Shown: piece by piece, positions 28,536-39,311 of the stretch
How positions within the stretch are numbered: the first letter of the stretch is position 1
Layout: each line of letters opens with the position of its first letter
NCBI GenBank assembly: GCA_963751345.1
Contig: CAVVUS010000049.1
Location: forward strand, 50,220 to 114,219
DNA length: 64,000 nt
Direction: 5' to 3'
From: an uncultured Chloroflexia bacterium
Lineage (GTDB): Bacteria; Chloroflexota; Anaerolineae; B4-G1; SLSP01
Program-made: the position numbers and the translations under genes
The notes under the pieces: generated by a model
What the model saw: the letters and a program-made list of their open reading frames with translations, nothing else
Told to the model about the DNA's origin: nothing
Databases searched by the model: none

Positions 28536-29915
28536 ATGACGACGAGACGACGATCTACTGGACGGGCCCAACGCGCACCGGTGCTGTTAGCTGGGATGCT
28601 TGTCGCCCTGCTTCTTACGATCGGCATTGTGGTGGTCCTCTTTCTCTTTGCATGGGTTCGCGGCAGCCTGGCAACCCAGGGGGTTGCACCGGGCCTGCCG
28701 GCCAACACCGCACCCAGTGAGAATGTCACATATGGGTTTGGCCAGTTACTGCCCACGTGGGATGGGCAGGAGCGGGTGACGGTTCTGGTCCTGGGCATTG
28801 ACGAACGTTCGCAAGAAACGGGGCCGTGGCGCACGGACACGATGATGCTGTTGACGCTGGATCCTCGCACTCAACAGGCCGGCGCTCTGTCGATTCCGCG
28901 GGACCTCTGGGTGCCGATCCCCGGCTACAATGATGGGCGCATCAATACAGCCCATTTCCTTGGCGACCTCTACGACTATCCCGGGGGCGGACCCGCCCTG
29001 GCGATGGACACGGTTGAGTATAATTTCGGCATCCCTATTGACTACTATGTGCGCGTCAACTTCCAGGCGTTCGTGACGTTGGTCGACCAGGTGGGCGGCA
29101 TCGATATCGATGTCGAGGAGACGATCAACGATCCGACCTATCCCGACTACAACTATGGCTACGATCCACTCTATATCGAGGCCGGATGGCATCACTTCGA
29201 TGGCGAGATGGCGCTGAAGTATGCGCGGACGCGCCACGGCAGCAGTGACTTCGATCGGGCTCGTCGCCAGCAGCAGGTGATGCTGGCGCTCTTGGATCGC
29301 GTCACCTCCTATGAGTTGCTGCCTCAGCTCGGCCGAACCGCACCCCAGATCTACGAGACGATCCAGTCCTCCGTGTCGACAGACATGGCCCTCGACCAGA
29401 TGCTGGCGTTGGCGAATCTGGCGACCCACGTAAACCAGGAGGATATCCGGCTGGGCGTCATCGACCAGACCTGCACTCAGCCTTGGGTGACGCCGGATGG
29501 CGCACAGGTCCTGGTTCCACTTCGCGATCGGATGCGCGAGGTACGGGACTACGTCTTCGAGAGCGTGCCCGCGACTGCTGATACGCCGGAGGCCACACAG
29601 GTCGTCATCCCCACGCCGACCCCGGAGGTTGCCACGGTGGCCGTCCTCAATGGGACCTCACGCGCCGGGCTCGCCGGGACGACAGCTGATTTGCTCCAAT
29701 CCGCAGGTGTTGATGTTGCCCAGGTTGCGAATGCGGATCGTCAGGACTATACCATCACCCGGGTCGTGCTGTACCATGAGAAGCCTGTGACACTGTCGAA
29801 AGTGCTGGAGGTGCTGGGATTGCCCCGAACGGCTGTCGTGCAGGGCCAGGATCCCAATGCCTCACAGGATATCGTGATCGTCCTGGGTCAGGACTTCCAG
29901 GTGCCTGAACCGTGA
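28536..29915 (+). CDS. LCP (LytR-CpsA-Psr) family protein with LytR C-terminal domain
   Basis: TM, VLVLGID, RTDTMML, SIPRD, RINTA, ALKYARTR, DFDRARRQQ, VAVLNGT. Confidence 0.92.
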   Translation: MTTRRRSTGRAQRAPVLLAGMLVALLLTIGIVVVLFLFAWVRGSLATQGVAPGLPANTAPSENVTYGFGQLLPTWDGQERVTVLVLGIDERSQETGPWRTDTMMLLTLDPRTQQAGALSIPRDLWVPIPGYNDGRINTAHFLGDLYDYPGGGPALAMDTVEYNFGIPIDYYVRVNFQAFVTLVDQVGGIDIDVEETINDPTYPDYNYGYDPLYIEAGWHHFDGEMALKYARTRHGSSDFDRARRQQQVMLALLDRVTSYELLPQLGRTAPQIYETIQSSVSTDMALDQMLALANLATHVNQEDIRLGVIDQTCTQPWVTPDGAQVLVPLRDRMREVRDYVFESVPATADTPEATQVVIPTPTPEVATVAVLNGTSRAGLAGTTADLLQSAGVDVAQVANADRQDYTITRVVLYHEKPVTLSKVLEVLGLPRTAVVQGQDPNASQDIVIVLGQDFQVPEP

Positions 29916-29958
29916 TCCCGGGCACGCCTGCCCGGCGTTCTCTTTGTGTGATGCCAAC

Positions 29959-31355
29959 ATGACCGATACCGCAAAGCCCCAAGCGACGCGTCGCGGCGCC
30001 CTTATTCGCTCCTGATACGACTGGGGCTCGTGTTCATCTACGTGATTGGCACCGGCGTGGCAGGATACGTTGTGTACAACCGCGTTCGCGAACAGATTGC
30101 CCAGTCCGACATCCTGCCCGATTTCACGATCAGCAAGCCACCGGACCAGGGCAGTTCCAATGTCGAACGTGTGGAGGGCGAGACTTTGCCGGTGTGGACC
30201 GGCATAGACCGCGTTACCGTCCTCATCCTTGGCGTCGATGAGAGAGCGCAAGAGGAGGATTTCTGGCGGACCGACACGATGATTCTCGCGACGCTGGACC
30301 CGGTTACGATGGAGGCGGGGATCATGTCCATCCCTCGCGATCTGTGGGTGCCGATCCCGGGCTACACCGAAAACCGCATCAACACGGCCAACGCGCTGGG
30401 CGATGCCTACAACCATCCGGGCGGAGGGCCTGCGCTTGCCGTAGAGACGGTTGAGTACAATCTGGGTCTCAACGTCGACTACTACGTGCGGATCAACTTC
30501 CAGGCGTTTATCGATCTGGTAGACATGATCGGCGGCGTCGACATCGACGTTCCCGAGGCGATCGACGACTACTGCTATCCCACCCCTGACTATGGTTGCG
30601 AACAGCTCCACATCGACGCCGGGCTCCAGCATTTCTACGGCGAGATGGCGTTGAAATACGCCCGTGTGCGACACACGACCGGTGGCGATTTCGATCGTGC
30701 GAGGCGCCAGCAGCAAGTGATTGACGCGGTGCTCGCCCGTGTGACCGACCAGAAGCTTCTCCCGCAGTTGGCGACGCGCGCCACCGAGATTCTGCAAACC
30801 GTCGAAGACTCGGTCAAAGTAGATCCCAATCTCCAACTCGACGAGATCATTGCCCTCGCGAATCTGGCCACAAAGGTGCCCGCCGAGAACCGCCACTACT
30901 ACGCGATTGACGAGACCTGTACGCTGGCAGCCGAGACTCCCGATGATGCGCAGATCCTGATCCCGCTGCGCGACAAGATCCGTGAGGTCCGTGACCAGTT
31001 CCTGGGTTTGAGCACGGTGAACGATGGGCTGCAGACGGTCGAACAGGAGGGTGCCACCATTGCGGTGCTCAATGGCACAAAGACGCCCGGCCTCGCCTAT
31101 GCGACGAAGGAGTTCCTCGTCGCCAACGGCATCCCGATCACCTACTACGACAATGCGGACCGGCAGGACTACGATACGTCGCTGGTCATCCTCAACCGCG
31201 ATAAGCCGATGACGGCAGTGCAGTTGTTGTCGCGGCTCGGGCTGCCGCAGTCCGCCGTGGTCAACGGTGCCAATCCCACTGCGGAGTATGACGTCGTCGT
31301 GATTCTCGGGTCCGACTACGTCCAGATGCAGGAGCAGAACGGGACGGAGCCCTGA
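29959..31355 (+). CDS. Second LCP family protein (tandem paralog); apparent N-terminal frameshift ~30000
   Basis: ILGVD, RTDTMIL, SIPRD, DFDRARRQQ, IAVLNGT. Confidence 0.9.
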
Positions 31356-31367
31356 CTCCGAAGGGTC

Positions 31368-33161
31368 TCACTGTGGCTGCCCCAACGGCTTCATAATGAT
31401 GTAGTTGAAGCCGTTCATAGGTATGTGCTCGACCAGCCCATAGTGTTGTCCGATCGCCGCGAGTACGGGCGGCGGATAGAACTGCGCCCTCATGATCACC
31501 AACCCAAAGGCCTCGCGCCTTATCATCGTCTCCAGGTTACGTGTGTCCAGGAGGCCATTGTTGTAGAGGTTCAGAAGTTGGGTCGGGTTGGTGATGACCT
31601 GTTTTCCTGCCAGCATGGTGAAGGCGGCTTCCTCGCTCAGCACGGGGAGGTCCGTCTCCCGGACATAGGCCATAATCTGCGCTCCACCCTCGTAGTCGCG
31701 CGGCAACATCAGGTGCCCCACCTGTGTATAGCCGACGACGTCGTAGTAGGGGTAATCCGCATAGGCCGATGGTCGGCCAGCCACGCCAAGCAGATCCGCC
31801 ACGCGCCCCCAGACTATCCCTTCGGTGGGCAGATGCACCATTCGCGTCGCCTGCCCGATCAGGAGCATCGGCACGAGCGCCGCCGCTGCGCCCAGCCATC
31901 GTGGACGGTGGTTGGCCACCCATAGGCGCAGTCCTCCGAGCGCGAACCCCGAGAGGATGATCGCCGCGGCAACCGAGGTGATCCAGTATGCCTCGCCGGC
32001 ACCCCACTTTCCCGACATCATCCCGGTCCCAATGGATGCCACAAACCAGAGACTGTAGACGGAGATCCGGCTTCGGTACGTCTCGACTACGACGACAGCC
32101 ACCGACAGCAGGATGAAGAGCAGGTGCACTTTGAGCCACGTTCGGGTCAGGGCGAGCAACTGCGGCCACAGAAAGGCGTTCACGTTGGCCGATATGGTGT
32201 TGATCCACCAGTACCCGTCGGTAGCCCAGTTGATCAGCAGAAAGACGCTGCCAAACACCAGGCCGAAAGCAGCGATCATCCCCAGGGTACGAGCGGGACG
32301 GCGGAGGAAAAGATACCCAAAGACGGCGACTGCGGTGAATACCGCGAGCTGTTTCGCATAACCTGCGAGGAAGAGGAAGAGAAGGCCCAGCAGCAGGTTA
32401 CGGGTGCCGTGCTTCTTGTCGTTCGAGGCGGCGATGAAATAGACAGACAGCACCTCCAGAAAGACCATGGTCAGATGCTGCCGGCAGAGCGGCCCCACGT
32501 GGTAGACAAAGGGCGACGCCAGGTAAGCCAAGCCTGACATAGAAGGCAGGAAAAGCCCGCCCGTGCGCCGGCGCACCGTGAGACCGATCATGGCTGCAGT
32601 CAGGAGGGTAATGGTGAATGAGAGCACCCGACCGGAGAGCAGCGTCTTGCCAAGAAATGGAAAGACGAGCACGTTGAGAATGTGAAATACAGGGGGGTAG
32701 TTTGAGGCGTAGAATGGGAAGATGCTGCTGTCGCGGTAGGGCCACTCTCCCATGCTGTGCAGGACTGCGTCGTAGAGTTCGAAGCTCTCTCCCTGATCGT
32801 AGTCGTAGGGCCACTTGAACAGATCCACGGCGTAGGTGGTGTAGACTGCGAGGTAGGCCAGGAAAACGACGAGGGCGACGCCACTCAGGACGCCGGCAAC
32901 CCAGAGCCATCCTCGGGAAACTGTGCGGGAGGAGCTGCCGACGCTGTAGCGGGGCTCCACCTCGACGGCGGCAGGCTGATTGCCCAAGCGCAAGAGGGGC
33001 ACGCCAATCAGGGCCACGCCGATGCCTCCGGCCAACAGCGCGCGTTCAAACGGGCCAATGCCGCCCCATGCACCGCCTCCCAATCGGCCGACGATAAACA
33101 GGAAGAGATCACCCCCGAGGCCAAATGCGATGAAGAGCCAGCCGAGTTGTCGTTTGGTCAT
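31368..33161 (-). CDS. Multi-TM GT-C fold glycosyltransferase (ArnT/PMT-like)
   Basis: About 12 TM segments, YDYDQGE acidic loop, YPPVF, GRVLS, AKQ; TATAAT 7 nt before ATG 33161. Confidence 0.72.
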   Translation of the reverse strand: MTKRQLGWLFIAFGLGGDLFLFIVGRLGGGAWGGIGPFERALLAGGIGVALIGVPLLRLGNQPAAVEVEPRYSVGSSSRTVSRGWLWVAGVLSGVALVVFLAYLAVYTTYAVDLFKWPYDYDQGESFELYDAVLHSMGEWPYRDSSIFPFYASNYPPVFHILNVLVFPFLGKTLLSGRVLSFTITLLTAAMIGLTVRRRTGGLFLPSMSGLAYLASPFVYHVGPLCRQHLTMVFLEVLSVYFIAASNDKKHGTRNLLLGLLFLFLAGYAKQLAVFTAVAVFGYLFLRRPARTLGMIAAFGLVFGSVFLLINWATDGYWWINTISANVNAFLWPQLLALTRTWLKVHLLFILLSVAVVVVETYRSRISVYSLWFVASIGTGMMSGKWGAGEAYWITSVAAAIILSGFALGGLRLWVANHRPRWLGAAAALVPMLLIGQATRMVHLPTEGIVWGRVADLLGVAGRPSAYADYPYYDVVGYTQVGHLMLPRDYEGGAQIMAYVRETDLPVLSEEAAFTMLAGKQVITNPTQLLNLYNNGLLDTRNLETMIRREAFGLVIMRAQFYPPPVLAAIGQHYGLVEHIPMNGFNYIIMKPLGQPQ

Positions 33162-33302
33162 AGCGGGCATTATAACGGTCTCCGTTCGATTGCCAACGGG
33201 CGGGCCACCCGGGTGGCGGGACCGCTGGCACACAGATTGACACACCGCCAAGAAGATGGTACCTTTTCCGTCGGAAGCATACCGAGGCTGGAGGACGGTT
33301 AC

Positions 33303-34148
33303 GTGATCAACCTTATATGGGTCGTCGATGATAGTGCGGAGGCGCCGCTGCGTGCCGAACATGGCCTCGCCGTCTGGGTGGAAACCCCGGATGGCAGGGC
33401 GCTCCTGGACACGGGCGGCAGCGGCGAAGTGTTGCTGCACAACTTGGCTCAGCTTGGCCTCGACCCGCACACTCTCGACGCAGTGGTCCTTAGCCACGCA
33501 CATGATGACCACACGGGCGGGTTGTCGGCCCTGCTGCCCCTCCTCCGCCCGGGGACGCCGCTGTACGCTCATCCAACGCTGTTTCGGCCGCGATACTCCG
33601 CCGCATCCGGAGATATGGTGGACCGTGGGCTCAAGTTAGCCGAGCATACGCTCTCGGCGAAGCTGGACCTACGCCTGGAGCGCAGTCCGGCGGAAGTTCT
33701 GCCGGGCGTCTGGACAACCGGGGACATCTCGCCTCGCGCCAACCCCGAGGGCAGAAGTGCGTATCACTATATCGCGAAGGAAGGGGAGTTCGTCCCCGAT
33801 CCCTACGAGGATGACCTCTCGCTGGTGATGGAAGTCGCGCCGGACCAGCACTTTCTGCTGTGCGGATGCTGTCACGCGGGGCTGCTGAACACATTGGACA
33901 CCATACGGCGTACCTGGCTTGGGCGGCTGGTCGGGGTGGGCGGGGGCGTTCACCTGACGGGTGCCTCCTCCGATCTCGTCGATCGCACTTCCGCCGTGCT
34001 GCAGTCGGTCGAGGAGCTCGCGCATGTATGGCTGAGCCACTGTTCGGGCGACGCGTTTCTGGCAACCCTGGAGGGCAGCATGCCGGAGGGGACATTCCGG
34101 CGGGGCTCCGCCGGTCAATCCCTTACGCTGCAGCCGATACCCGTTTAA
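33303..34148 (+). CDS. MBL-fold metallo-hydrolase (COG1237-like)
   Basis: EHGLA, LLDTG, SHAHDDHTGG, DDLSL, GCCHAG, GGVH, HCSG; GGAGG RBS before GTG. Confidence 0.88.
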   Translation: MINLIWVVDDSAEAPLRAEHGLAVWVETPDGRALLDTGGSGEVLLHNLAQLGLDPHTLDAVVLSHAHDDHTGGLSALLPLLRPGTPLYAHPTLFRPRYSAASGDMVDRGLKLAEHTLSAKLDLRLERSPAEVLPGVWTTGDISPRANPEGRSAYHYIAKEGEFVPDPYEDDLSLVMEVAPDQHFLLCGCCHAGLLNTLDTIRRTWLGRLVGVGGGVHLTGASSDLVDRTSAVLQSVEELAHVWLSHCSGDAFLATLEGSMPEGTFRRGSAGQSLTLQPIPV

Positions 34149-34212
34149 CCTTGCGAGAGTTGGTGGCGCTGCCACTGGCAAGGCGTCGTACTCTTGGTAT
34201 AATAGCAATGGA

Positions 34213-34524
34213 GTGATGATGGGCACACAGATGACGCTTCGTGAACGAATCCTGATGCGACTGGTTGAAGTGATCGACCCTGAGACCGGCGTCGATGTGC
34301 TGCGCATGCGGCTGGTAGAGGATCTGGAGGTCGATGAGGCGACGGGTTCTGTCTCCTACCGGTTCCGTCCTTCCTCCCCGCTCTGCCCTCTTGCCCACAG
34401 TCTGGCGATGGACCTAAAACGAGCGGTTGCCTCAGTCGACGGCGTGGCTGCACAGCAGATCGAAGTCGCGGGGTATGTTCGTGCTGAGGAACTCACGCAG
34501 ATGATAAACCACGCGAGCGTCTGA
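34213..34524 (+). CDS. DUF59 / Fe-S cluster assembly factor-like protein
   Basis: VIDPETGVDV..M.LV, PSSPLCPLA. Confidence 0.82.
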   Translation: MMMGTQMTLRERILMRLVEVIDPETGVDVLRMRLVEDLEVDEATGSVSYRFRPSSPLCPLAHSLAMDLKRAVASVDGVAAQQIEVAGYVRAEELTQMINHASV

Positions 34525-34579
34525 CCGCGTGGTCTTCGATTCATTACGTTTCTGTCGATATCCTTTGGGAGAATGATTC

Positions 34580-34825
34580 ATGGCGATCTACGAGTACGAG
34601 TGTCAAGACTGCGGCATGTCGTTTGAAGCCCGGCGCGCGATGAAGGATGCGGACGCGCCCATTGCTTGTCCCGACTGTGGCAAGTTCCACGCCAAGCGGG
34701 GACTTTCGATGTTCTTCGCCGGCACCGGGGGAAGGGGCGGAAGTGCGACCATGTCCGAGTCGTCCGGCAGCGGCGGCTGCGGCTCCTGTGGGGGCGGTTC
34801 CTGCGCCTCCTGTGGGGGACACTGA
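34580..34825 (+). CDS. FmdB-family zinc-ribbon protein
   Basis: MAIYEYECQDCG..FE, CPDCG, GCGSCGGGSCASCG tail. Confidence 0.88.
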   Translation: MAIYEYECQDCGMSFEARRAMKDADAPIACPDCGKFHAKRGLSMFFAGTGGRGGSATMSESSGSGGCGSCGGGSCASCGGH

Positions 34826-34900
34826 CCTCGTCGCTCTGGCTTCTGTTGATGGCCTGTGTGCTGCTTGTGCACGGGTAGCGTACGGTAAGCCTGCCTATGT

Positions 34901-34927
34901 CGCGCCCTTACGTCCTGTAAGGGCGCG
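34901..34927. terminator. 11-bp perfect hairpin (terminator or REP remnant)
   Basis: CGCGCCCTTAC-GTCCT-GTAAGGGCGCG. Confidence 0.45.
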
Positions 34928-34983
34928 CACCTGTCTGGGGCGCAGTCGGCGTCCCGGACCACCCGTTGACTCGCTGGGGGCAA

Positions 34984-35952
34984 ATGATGACCTCTTCCTG
35001 TTACATCGCCGTCGACTTGGGGGGCACCCAGATCCGGGCCGCGCGCTACTCGGAGGCTCGGGAAATGGAGTCGCGCGTTGCCGTTGACACCAATGCGCAC
35101 GAAGGTTTCGATGCGGTCTTTGGCCGTGTGATCTCGTCGATCCGGAGAGTGTGGCCTGCTGAGGAGTCGGCGCGCGTTGCGGCCATAGGACTTGGTGCAC
35201 CAGGCCCTCTCAACTTCAAGCAGGGCGTCCTTCGCTTCGCCCCTAATCTTCCCGGATGGGTCAACGTGCCGTTGCAGGAGATGTTGGCTGACAGGTTTCA
35301 CGTGCCGGCCTTTGTGGGGAATGATGCCGATGTCGCGGCGCTCGCGGAGCACCGCTTCGGCGCAGGCGTAGGTGTCGCAGACCTGCTCTACATGACGATC
35401 AGCACCGGCATCGGTGGGGGCATGGTCTTCAACAATCGACTGTTCACAGGTGGGCAGGGGCTTGGCGGCGAGGTCGGCCATATGGCAATTGACCCGCGCG
35501 GTCCGAAGTGCTCCTGTGGCAACGTGGGTTGCCTTGAGGTCCTTGCCTCGGGCACTGCGATTGCCAGGCGGGCACGCGAGCGGTTGGGCAGTGGTGAGGC
35601 GTCAATCCTTCACGATTGGGCTGAAGGTGACGTCTCCACAATCACAGCGAAGGATGTGTCTCGGGCCGGAAAACAGGGCGATGCCCTGGCCATTTCTGTC
35701 TTCCGGGAGGCCGGCACGTATATCGGCTCGACGCTGGTCAGTCTCATGTATCTGCTCAACCCGGAGCTCTTCATCCTGGGGGGAAGCGTCACGTTGGCCG
35801 ACGATCTTATCTTCGATCCCATCTACGAGACCGTCAACTCGCGTGCACCGAAGGTATATCGAGAGAAGACCCGGATTGTGAAGGCGCAGTTGGGCGGGGA
35901 CGTTGGACTCTGGGGGGCCCTAGCACTCTGTCTGATGGAGCTGGGAACCTGA
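34984..35952 (+). CDS. ROK family sugar kinase (glucokinase-like)
   Basis: VDLGGT, GAPGP, NDADVAALAE, STGIGGG, GEVGH, CSCGNVGCLE. Confidence 0.92.
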   Translation: MMTSSCYIAVDLGGTQIRAARYSEAREMESRVAVDTNAHEGFDAVFGRVISSIRRVWPAEESARVAAIGLGAPGPLNFKQGVLRFAPNLPGWVNVPLQEMLADRFHVPAFVGNDADVAALAEHRFGAGVGVADLLYMTISTGIGGGMVFNNRLFTGGQGLGGEVGHMAIDPRGPKCSCGNVGCLEVLASGTAIARRARERLGSGEASILHDWAEGDVSTITAKDVSRAGKQGDALAISVFREAGTYIGSTLVSLMYLLNPELFILGGSVTLADDLIFDPIYETVNSRAPKVYREKTRIVKAQLGGDVGLWGALALCLMELGT

Positions 35953-36011
35953 GCCGATCCCCGGGATCTACCGGCCGTGTGCGTATCAACGGCGGGCATA
36001 ATGTGGGGTGA

Positions 36012-37827
36012 ATGGCAATGTCACGCATACTGATCGTACTGGTGGCTGTAGAGCTCGTCGCGGTGATGTTCGTGGGTTGGCTGCTTGGCCCCGGCCTGGA
36101 CGAACGATTTATCCCCGGTGTCTGGGTCTGGAACGTCTCGTTGGGTGGTATGACGATGGATCAGGCTGCGGGTAGCCTTGGGAGTGCGCTCCCACTGCAC
36201 CAGCCCGGCATCGTTCTTCTCGGTCCGGAAGGACAGAGGTGGTCGTTCTCCCCGGCGGAGGTCGGCATGTCTGTCGACGTCCCAGCGACCCTGGCAAAGG
36301 CTTTTGCGCTGGGGCGTGGGGGCAATGGCACCACCGCCACGCTGTCCGAGCGGCTCACGCTTATGCTCGACGGCAGTCGGGTCTCCCCCGTCTTGAGCTG
36401 GAACGAGGAGATTGCCACGCGCGCCTTGGAAGGCATCGCTTCGGAACTGGAACGCCCCACCCAGGACGCTGCGGTCCGCCTCGATGGGGCACAGGTCGTT
36501 CTGCTGCCGGGCAGTGTTGGCAGGCGGGTCGAGATCACGCCGACGCTCAACGCCATCATGCCTCACCTCTTCGCCCTGGAGCCGACGGAGACCGTCGTGC
36601 CGGTGACTGACGTTGCCCCGGCTATAAGTGATGCTCAGGCCCAACAGGCGCTCAGTATGGCCGAGCAGATCCTGGAGACGCCCCTGATCTTGCTCGTCCC
36701 CACGCCGGGCGAGGGCGACCCTGGTCCGTGGAACATAGCGCCGGATATCCTTTCGAAGATGCTGACGATCCACATCAGTGGCGATGGGGTCAGCGTGACG
36801 TTGGACCAGGCGGCGCTGGCTCAGACCCTGGGCCCACTGGCGCTCGCGCTCTATCGGGAGCCGGTGGACGCTCAGTTCCAGTTCGATATGGACACTATCA
36901 GCCTCAGCGTTGTCACTCCGAGTGTGACCGGACGTGAGGTCGACGTCGCATCCTCGGTCACGCGCATCAATGAGATGCTACAGGCGGGCGAGCACATGGT
37001 GCCCCTGGTCGTGAACGAGATACCACCGGAGGTCGGGGATGACATTACGGCCGAGGACCTGGGCATCCGTGAGCTCGTTGCCGAGGGCGAGTCATATTTC
37101 ACGGGTTCGTCCTCCGCGCGTGACAGGAACATCCGGTTGGGTGCCTCAAGGTTCGACGGCGTCCTCGTCGCGCCGGGTGAGACCTTCTCGTTCAACGAGT
37201 ACCTCGGCGAGGTGACCGCGGACGCGGGTTACGACGAATCGTACGTGATCATCGGCAACCGCACGGTTCCCGGGGTGGGGGGCGGCATCTGCCAGGTGGC
37301 AACCACGGCCTTCCGGGCCGCGTTCTTCGGGGGGTACCCTATTGTGGAGCGGTGGCCTCATGCCTACCGCGTCAGCTACTATGAGATTGGCGGGTTCGGT
37401 CCGGGGTTCGACGCAACCATCTACTCGCCGTTGGTGGACTTCCGTTTCGAGAATGACACTCCTTACCACATCCTGATCCACACCGAGGTGGACACCGCGA
37501 ACTCTCGCCTGCGATTCCTCTTCTACAGCACGAAGGATGGGAGAACGGTCGAGCAGATCGGTCCGGAGTGGGGAGATCCGATCCCCTCGGGTGCCCCTGT
37601 CTACGAGTATGACGCCTCCATGGCGTCGGGTACTGCGGTGAAGATCGAGAGTGCCCACGATGGGTTGGATGCGACGCTAGGGCGCGTCGTGCGCGATGCG
37701 GAGGGCAACGTACTCTCTCAGGATGAGTTCGTCAGCCACTTCATCCCATGGTCCGGCGCGATACACGTTCGGCCCGGGATATACGCCGCCGGCTGGCGCG
37801 GAGGTGACGGGCACGCCAGAGCCGTGA
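36012..37827 (+). CDS. VanW family protein with peptidoglycan-binding (PG_binding_4) repeats; apparent frameshift ~37752
   Basis: R..NI, PGETFSFNE.LG, GGGICQVATT, ERWPH, DATI, DFRFEN; alternative-frame C-terminus ends at TGA 37825-37827 just before a terminator. Confidence 0.85.
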
Positions 37828-37859
37828 GCAACGCCGTACATCACACAAAGCAACAAAGA

Positions 37860-37896
37860 ACAGGCTCCCCGGCACAAGACGTGCCGGGGAGCCTGT
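37860..37896. terminator. 16-bp perfect hairpin between convergent genes (bidirectional terminator)
   Basis: ACAGGCTCCCCGGCAC-AAGAC-GTGCCGGGGAGCCTGT. Confidence 0.75.
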
Positions 37897-37928
37897 CTAT
37901 CTCCACTGAGGCTTGCTGTAGAGGAAAC

Positions 37929-39069
37929 CTAGATCTGCTGGTAGCTGCCCAACTGGTCGCCTTGCTTGACCCAGGATTGCAGCTCGAAGTTTACCTTCTG
38001 GACGAAGCTATTGGGTGGGAGGCTGGCGCCCTGCGCGTACTCTAGTTCGTTGATACGAGCCTTGATGCGCAGCACACTGGTCTCCAGGATGATCTCCACG
38101 CCGGGTCGCATCATAACGACCTCGCCCTTCGGCTCCAGCTTGGCCCTCAGGTCGGGGTCATTGAATGCGTACTCACTTGCGAGCACCTTGGTCACGGTCC
38201 GGATGTCGCTCTTGTCGAAGAGCCAGGCCTCAAAGGCTGCGACCTTTTTGGGATCCCCCGCTCCGAGTGTCTCAGAGATGCCAATTCCGCACTCGCCCAG
38301 GAAGTCTGGCCCAATCTCAATGCTGAACGAGGGGTCGAAATAATCATCGCCCAGCACGTAAGGTGTGTTGAACGACTTGACGGGCTGGTCTCCCTCAAGT
38401 TCTCCGTAATCCAGCCCGGCTGTGGGCGCGACTGCTGTTGTAGCAGCCGTGGCGGGCTCGACAGAGCCTCTGCCGCGCCGGCCGGCGATCACATACCAAC
38501 CTACACCGATGGCTCCCACGACGAGCAGCGCTACGGCTGCTACACCAACGACCCGCAGCACTTTGGCCAGTGGTGTCGCTGCGGCAGCTGGCACCACTCC
38601 CTCGCCGGTGGCGGGGACCTCCCCGGGTACCACGGCACCCGGATTCTGCGCCATGATCTGTTGGAGCCCCGTCAGCGCGGGTAGATACGGGCTCGAGCTG
38701 ATAGGTCGGTGCTTTGTCGACGGCAACCTGGAGGTCCTGTTCCAGCAGGCCATCCTGGGCCACCCAGGGGACGCTGTTGGACTTGGGGAGGTCGAGCCCG
38801 AGCCGGTTCTGCAGGAGCTGCAGATCACCGGTCCGGTAGAACTCGTCCGCACTCTGGGCCAGGTAGGCTGAACGCCAATCCTCGCGCAGTTGGGAAGGCA
38901 TGGCGTTGGTCCACTTGACGGGGAAGATGCCCCATCCCAGGACGAACCACCCGATGAAGATGCCGATGACCAGACCGATGAGTGCCTTGTACCGATCCCA
39001 GATGGGTTGGAGCTTGACCATCACCTGGGCAAAGGCGGTGAAGACCTTGGCCAGTAGCGTGTCGAACAT
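37929..39069 (-). CDS. Hypothetical two-TM membrane protein with globular C-terminal domain; apparent frameshift ~38675
   Basis: ORFs 38395-39069 and 37929-38852 join into one protein; GGAGG RBS; TMs at N-terminus and centre. Confidence 0.7.
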
Positions 39070-39311
39070 AGGTTAATCCCTCCTGGCTTAGATGGGATGT
39101 GTCTCTGACTAGACTATAACAAGATTACCATATATCCGGTACATTTGCAAGCTTATGCTACTCTACACGAGCCGATTTTATGTGCAAATCGACACGACCA
39201 ACAATGCAGGATGTATCCCTCGGACCAGACCGGGGCACGCTGCCGATTCTCCCACGCCCCGGATTCTTGACCACCCCATGCGGAACGGTATAATCGCTGC
39301 GGGAAACGCGG

